DNA of 64,000 nt, from assembly GCF_009914755.1 (NCBI RefSeq), contig NC_060925.1. One strand, written 5' to 3'. Below, piece after piece: positions 57,781 to 64,000 of the stretch. The translations under genes and the position numbers were made by a program. The notes below the pieces were generated by a model that saw only the letters and a program-made list of their open reading frames with translations, did not search any database and was not told the DNA's origin. This stretch comes from the human T2T-CHM13v2.0 reference genome, Homo sapiens. Positions within the stretch are counted from its first letter, which is position 1; the number at the start of each line of letters is the position of its first letter.

Positions 57781-58627
57781 TGTATTGATCAAGGTTCTTC
57801 AGAAAAACAGCGCCAATCGGATATATATAGACATAGAAGAGGAGATTGATTATGGGTCTTGGTTTGCATGATTACAGAAGCCGAGTAGCCCCATGATCTG
57901 CTGTCTGCAAGCTGAAGACCCAGGAAAGCTGGCGGTGTCATTCCGTCTGAGTCCAAAGGCCTGAGGACAAGGGGAGCTAATGTTATATCCCAGTCCAAGG
58001 TTGAAGGCCTGAGAACTGCGGTGGGGGCTGCTAGTGTAAGTCCTGGAGTCTGAAGGCCCAAGAACCAGGAGCCCCAGTCTCCAAGAGAAGGCAAAGATGA
58101 ATGCCCCAGCTCCTCAAGAAGACACAGAGAGAGGGAGTTTACTTTCCTCTCTCTTTTTTTTGTTCTATTCAGGCCTCAACATATTGGATGATGTTCACCC
58201 AACATAGGTGAGGGTGGACCTTCTTTACTCAGTTGCTGATGCAGACACTGACCTCTTCCAGAACCACCCTCACCAACACACCCAGAAGTAACCAGCTATC
58301 TGAGTATCCTTTAACCCCTTCAAAAGCTTCTTGCAAGAGGAGATTTGATCTGACTCCTGAAAGGGGTTGAGTTTTGGGTCCTTTCTTTTTTGAAGGGCAC
58401 TGATACTGCCTAGAGTCTGTCCCATTGCCCCTTCATCCTTGCAGATGCTCTGGATGGAGCATGTTTTAAGGGTCAGCTGAGTTTGCAGAAGCATCATATC
58501 CTGTCACCCATGTGCCAGGTTCACAATGCGTGTTCACTCCTGACGTCCCTGCCAACCCTGCCAGAAAGGGACCTGCTGAATTGTATAGTCTTAACCCTGT
58601 CATGTTGACACATACAATTCACCATCC
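57781..58627 (-). mobile_element. MLT2B/C-like ERVL solo LTR containing a foreign ~270-bp insert
   Basis: Starts tgtattgatcaaggttcttcagaaaaacag; terminus gttgacacatacaattcaccatc. Confidence 0.85.
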
Positions 58628-58986
58628 GAGGTATTAACAGTTTCTCCTGATATTGCTTCTACTCCTTTTCTCCTACTTCTTTTCTTCATCCTCTCTTTCT
58701 TATTTGTTCTCCCTTTCTGGGATGACAGTTAAACCCATGTCAGACCTTTTAACTGAATCCCTATGTCTCGTCCTTTCCTCTATCTTTCCTATCCTGTTGT
58801 CTGTGCTTCACTCTGACTTTCTTCTGACTGATCTACCATTTCACTAATTCTTTCCACCTGTGTCTAATATCGATTTGGTAAATTTTTATAGTTTTTTCCC
58901 CCAAATCCTGTACCTTGCTCCATTTCCCTAACCATGTTAAGCAAACTTATTGTGGACTGTGTCTGATATCTGGATTGCTAGTGGTC

Positions 58987-59421
<435 letters not shown>

Positions 59422-59489
59422 TGGTGGTTTTCTTTTTGTTGTCTGTTTCTCTTGCCTTTTGACCATGTTGTCTTTGTCCAACTAATTGT

Positions 59490-60930
59490 TTTTCTTAAAC
59501 TGTAGGAAAACTGAAAGAATAGTATAGTAAACATTTCTCCCACAAGTCATTTGAGAGTCTGCTGTAGACATGATGCTCCATCATTCCCAAATGTTTTAGT
59601 GTGTGTTTCCTACACATCAAGGACATTCTCCTACTAACCACAGCACAACTATGAAATTCAAGGAATTAACATTGATCCATCACTACTCTAATTTGCAAGC
59701 TCCATTCAAGTTTTATTGGAACAATTCAGGATCACAGGCTGCGTTTAGTCCGGTTGCCTCTTTACTTGCTTTCTATTTGGAACAGTTCCTCAGATTTCCC
59801 TTAACTTTTATGAACTCGCCACTTTAAAAAATTATAGGACAGTTATTTTGTAGGCTGTTCTTCAGTGTGGGTTTATAAAACGTTTTCCTGATTCGTTGCG
59901 AGTAATAGATTGTTGTCAGGAATACTGCAGAAGTGATGCTGAGTTTTCTTATTGCATCATTTTAGGTGGTACATGGTTTTGATTTATCCTATGACTAATG
60001 ATGTTAACTTTGTTAACTAACTTTGATTAAGATAGTGTCTTCCAGGTTTGCCCACTGTAAAGTCACTCCTTTTACTTTTTGTGATTAATAAAGATTTTGC
60101 GGGGACAGAGTTTGAAGCTGTAAGTTTACCAAGCTTTCACCCACTAGATTTAGCATTCATTGACATTTCCTGCCTGAATTATAACTATGAGAGGCTGTCA
60201 AACGGCAATTTTCCAAGTCCATCATTTTGTGCATCTATTGGTTGGCATTTGACTATAAAGAAGAACTTTTTCTTCTATCTATGCATTTATTTGTGGATAT
60301 ATTTATGTATCCATCCATCCATCCATCCATCCATCCATCCATCCATCCATCTATCCATATGGACCTATAGATTTCTATTCAATGAGTTCTAATTCATTAT
60401 CATCACTTTTATATAAAAATTATTCTTGATTTGGCCAGTGAGGGTTTCTTCAAGCTGGCTACTGTGTGTTTTTGGAATGTCTCCATCCATCTTGGAGAAG
60501 TTCCTTGCTTTCTGGCTAAACAACATGTCAAGATATCTTTGTGTTTTTCATGCACCAGCCCTGGACCAATCAGCTCTGGTTCCTTGTAGCAGAGGAATGA
60601 TATTTAGAGCATAGATCTTGTTTTTAGGATAGCTCATTGCTATTGGGGTATCTCTGTTCCCAGGCCCTCTCAGTGGACAGAATTAGGGAATATAGTATGT
60701 ATATTCTGATGGATACACACATACATCTAAATCTAGATTTATTTATGTGACTATATATAGATTAAAAACCAAGAGCTTATACCAATGTTTATAATTTCTA
60801 TTCAGCATCACAGATTTCATTCTAGCTTTCCCTTGTCTCTAACAGTGAGACCTGGCTCCCATTATCCTCAGTATGTTTACTTATTTGCCCAATCTCATCC
60901 TGTGTAACCAATCTCCTATTGCTGTTGCTG
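59490..60930 (-). mobile_element. L1MC4/L1MD-like 3'UTR, including (TCCA)n at ~60309-60355
   Basis: caaggacattctcct...ttgattaagatagtgtct...ccagccctggaccaatcagc. Confidence 0.7.
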
Positions 60931-61529
60931 CTTCTTGTGTGAATGCCTTTACTCATCTTACTTGGGCTCTGACCCTAAGGGATTTCTGTCATCCCTCCTT
61001 ACTTCACAGATGTTGTAAGTTTCTGCAGTGCAGTGATTATCACATTTGTCTAACAAATGCCCCTTTATCTTGCTTGGGTTCTGACTTAGTATTGGGCTCC
61101 ACCACCTACTCCTTTGGCAAGGATTTCTACCTCTCTTGCCCAGTGTTTTGCATTGAGTTGAATTATTCAGGAAGGAAGGAAGGAAGGAAGAAAAGTAGAT
61201 ACCTTGTTATTTTAAATTCAGTGCTAGACAGTATTTATGAAATTATAAAAATAATTTAAGACCTAGGGATAATGATGATGAGTGATGATAATGATATTCC
61301 TCCAGAGAAACATTATGTTCACTCCTATAGGTTCTGTTGTGACAGAATAAAAGACAATGTTAGCTCTTTCTGACCTGGATCTATTAATCAGTGATTTCTC
61401 TAGTCAAAGAAAGGGTTAACTTTATAAATAAGTCTGTTTAGAAATCTAATGAAGCTCCTTTTGAGCCAATTACTATTTCAGCATCTGCCATTTTTAAGGT
61501 TACTGGAATAATAGGACTTAGCTCTGCAT

Positions 61530-62205
61530 CAGGACGTTAGAGCCCTCATACACAGCTGGTGGGAATGTAAAATAATAAAGCCACAGGAAAACACTCTGGC
61601 AGTTCCTCAGAGCATTAAACATAGTTACCATATGACCCAGCAATTCTAGTCCTTGATCTATACCCGAGATAAATAAAAATAAATGCCCACACCAAAAATT
61701 ATACACAAATGGTTATAATGGCATTATTCATAATAGCCAAAATGTGGCAACAGCCCAATGTCTATCAACAGATGAATGGATAAACAAAATGTGGTATAGT
61801 CATACAATGAAATATTATTCAGTCATTAAAAGAAATGAAATATTGGTATATATTACAAGTTGAATAAACCTTGAAGAGATCGTGCTAACTAAAAGAAGCC
61901 AGACAAAAAGGTTCACATATCATATGATTCTATTCATAGGAAAATCCAGAATATGGAGATGAATGGATACAGAAAGTAGATTAGTGGTTGTTTAGGGTTG
62001 AGAGGGTGTCGTGGAGTAGAGGTGAGAGCTAAAGTGTACGGGTATCTTTCTGAGGTGGTGAAAGCGTTCTAACATTGACTGTGGTGATGGTCGTGCATGT
62101 ATTTGCATATACTAAAGATCACTGACTTGTACACTTCAAGTGGGTGAACCGTATGACATGTGAATTGTATCCCAATAAAGCTGCTTAAGCATTAAAAAAA
62201 AATAA
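61530..62205 (+). mobile_element. L1MB/MC-like 3' end with A-tail
   Basis: gctggtgggaatgtaaaat...tatgacccagcaattc...cccaataaagctg plus A-tail. Confidence 0.85.
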
Positions 62206-62813
62206 AGACATTCATTGTGACTTGCTAGGAGCCTTGGATCAATCTGGAAACATTTGTGGGATATGAGTTAATAGCACAACTTCCCAAGGACATAGATAAT
62301 AGCTAGTTTCAAAGCAGAGGACCAACCTGTAGGCCCATTCATCCTATAGATTACTACGAATGGCTGTATAACTTTCTGCCGGGTAATCTTGGGCAAAGGA
62401 CACGAATTTCTCTAAGCCCAGGTTTCCTCATCTGGGAAGAGGGCACATTAGTATCTGTCATTAAATAAGAATGTTTGTGGCGCTCCTGATGCCCTCCAGC
62501 TCATGTCACATAGCAGCCTCCACTTACTGATAATTTAGTATGCGAAATAAAGTATCATAAAACAAGTTGCTCTAAGCTTGGTGTCATGTTTTCCTAAATT
62601 GCTCTTCATTTTATCTCTGTCTATAACAGCTGGCTGGGGTACTCTGCACCTTTTGGGAACTGTAGGTGATAACAGCTGATGTACTGAGCCTGAGTTGATG
62701 TGTGCACGCGGCTCTTAACTCCTGTGAGAGTGTGAGTGTGAGGACAGTCAAGGGAGAGCCCTTTGGGGTGAGTCAATTGAAATCCTATAGAACTGAAGAC
62801 GTACTAAGGAGAT

Positions 62814-63244
62814 TGTTGGGTCTGTCCTGCGGACCCTGGCTGATGGATGAAATGAGTACTCATACAGAGGTATGCAGTGGCTAGGTGGCTGCCTGGGTTT
62901 AGTGGCCAGAGAGCAGCCCCGAGAAGCTGGAGCTGCTTGCTTTTACTCAGTGCAGGCACAATGCCGAAAACCTGGAGCCAACACAACCTGTAGGTAATTA
63001 ACATTTATTGTTCCCCTTTCAGGGAACGTCTTGGGCGGGTGATCAAAGGTCAATTCCTGGTCAATGTAAGTAAACAAGCCTGTTTAAGATAAATTCCCCC
63101 ACACTCCCTTGCCCTCTGCCTCAGGGTTATAGGACAGCTGCCTTCAGCTATTCTCCCCCGGGGCTCTGCAGAACCTTCCGACTTTTCAGAAGGTTTGTGT
63201 CTTTTCCCTATAGTTTTTCCCACCACTCTGACTCATCCCCTACA
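62814..63244 (-). mobile_element. LTR22 (HERV-K HML-5) solo LTR
   Basis: TG..CA termini; gctgccttcagc and cccaccactctgactcatcccctaca; degenerate 6-bp TSD ggagat / agaaat. Confidence 0.8.
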
Positions 63245-63419
63245 AGAAATCTTAAAAATAAGGAGATAATTATTGATTTGAACCAGAGCAAATTTATATT
63301 ATTTCTTATCTAAAAAGCCCGAACTAGACTTTAAAATGTTTTCAGTATAACAGGATATTTATGCTAGCCTTGTCCGAATGACTTGCCCAAATTCCCTCCC
63401 CAACCCAATCCTCTTCCTT

Positions 63420-63740
63420 CTACTGAAACAAATCCTACTTCTCTTCTTAGATCCAGGTCTAACACTGCCTCCTATAAAGTTCTCCCTGAAGGCTCCAGCT
63501 GTCACCTGTATTAGAATGACAAGACCTTTCATGGCCGTAATTCCCAATGTGCTTTCGTGTCTTTCCACTTGTGTACTTAATCATTCTTTGTGTTTATCAT
63601 ATATACATAGATACATTTTGTGTTGCTTTTCCCACTGTCTCTTCATTCCTTCCCTCTACCACTTTCCATGCACACCACTGTCCCATCTACCTGTGGTTAG
63701 CCTAGGGTTAGGGATCAAATAGATATTAAATAAATGATCC
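63420..63740 (+). mobile_element. L2 3' fragment
   Basis: ctgcctcctataaagttctccctga and a degenerate L2 tail. Confidence 0.5.
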
Positions 63741-64000
63741 TTATTAATGCAGATGTAACAAGAGTCCTATACATCAGTTAATGACTTCTCCTGTGTGACT
63801 TTCTTTTGACCTCTCTCTCCAGAGACATTGCAGTACCTGAACACGTCTCTGTGAGGAATAGGCTTGTATTGTAAATGAATGCAGTCCACGCTGGGTGTAA
63901 CAGGATGGCAAGCATTCCATATAAAGGGGGTAATTGCTGCTCCAATTTATTGTGGCATGAGACATGCAGACTCAACACTATCAAATCTGACTCGTCTTGA

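Noticed and set aside
63702-63713. tagggttaggg telomere-like motif
   Set aside because: Under two full units and inside a degenerate L2; not an interstitial telomeric array

Overview
This is primate (human-like) non-coding DNA dominated by interspersed repeats: about 19 Alus, L1s of several ages, MaLR/ERVL/ERV1/ERVK LTRs, MIR, L2 and hAT/Tigger MITEs. I can support no protein-coding exon, RNA gene, CpG island or CRISPR array. The longer six-frame ORFs come from Alu, L1, THE1/MST or microsatellite sequence, or show no coding evidence. I found no evidence of a new functional system. The interest lies in retrotransposition and repair events that can be read from junction sequences: (1) a ~22 kb nest of elements splitting one old MLT1 LTR; (2) a young L1PA insertion with a 3' transduction and a twin-priming inversion primed on two different poly(A) tracts; (3) an orphan polyadenylated retrocopy inside a THE1 provirus that is itself inside another THE1 LTR; (4) a four-junction microhomology template-switch rearrangement; (5) one L1 endonuclease site used twice, leaving three copies of the target; (6) several small templated insertions and a micro-inversion. 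Repeat subfamily names come from recalled consensus sequences and need Dfam/RepeatMasker confirmation. Boundaries of old elements are approximate.
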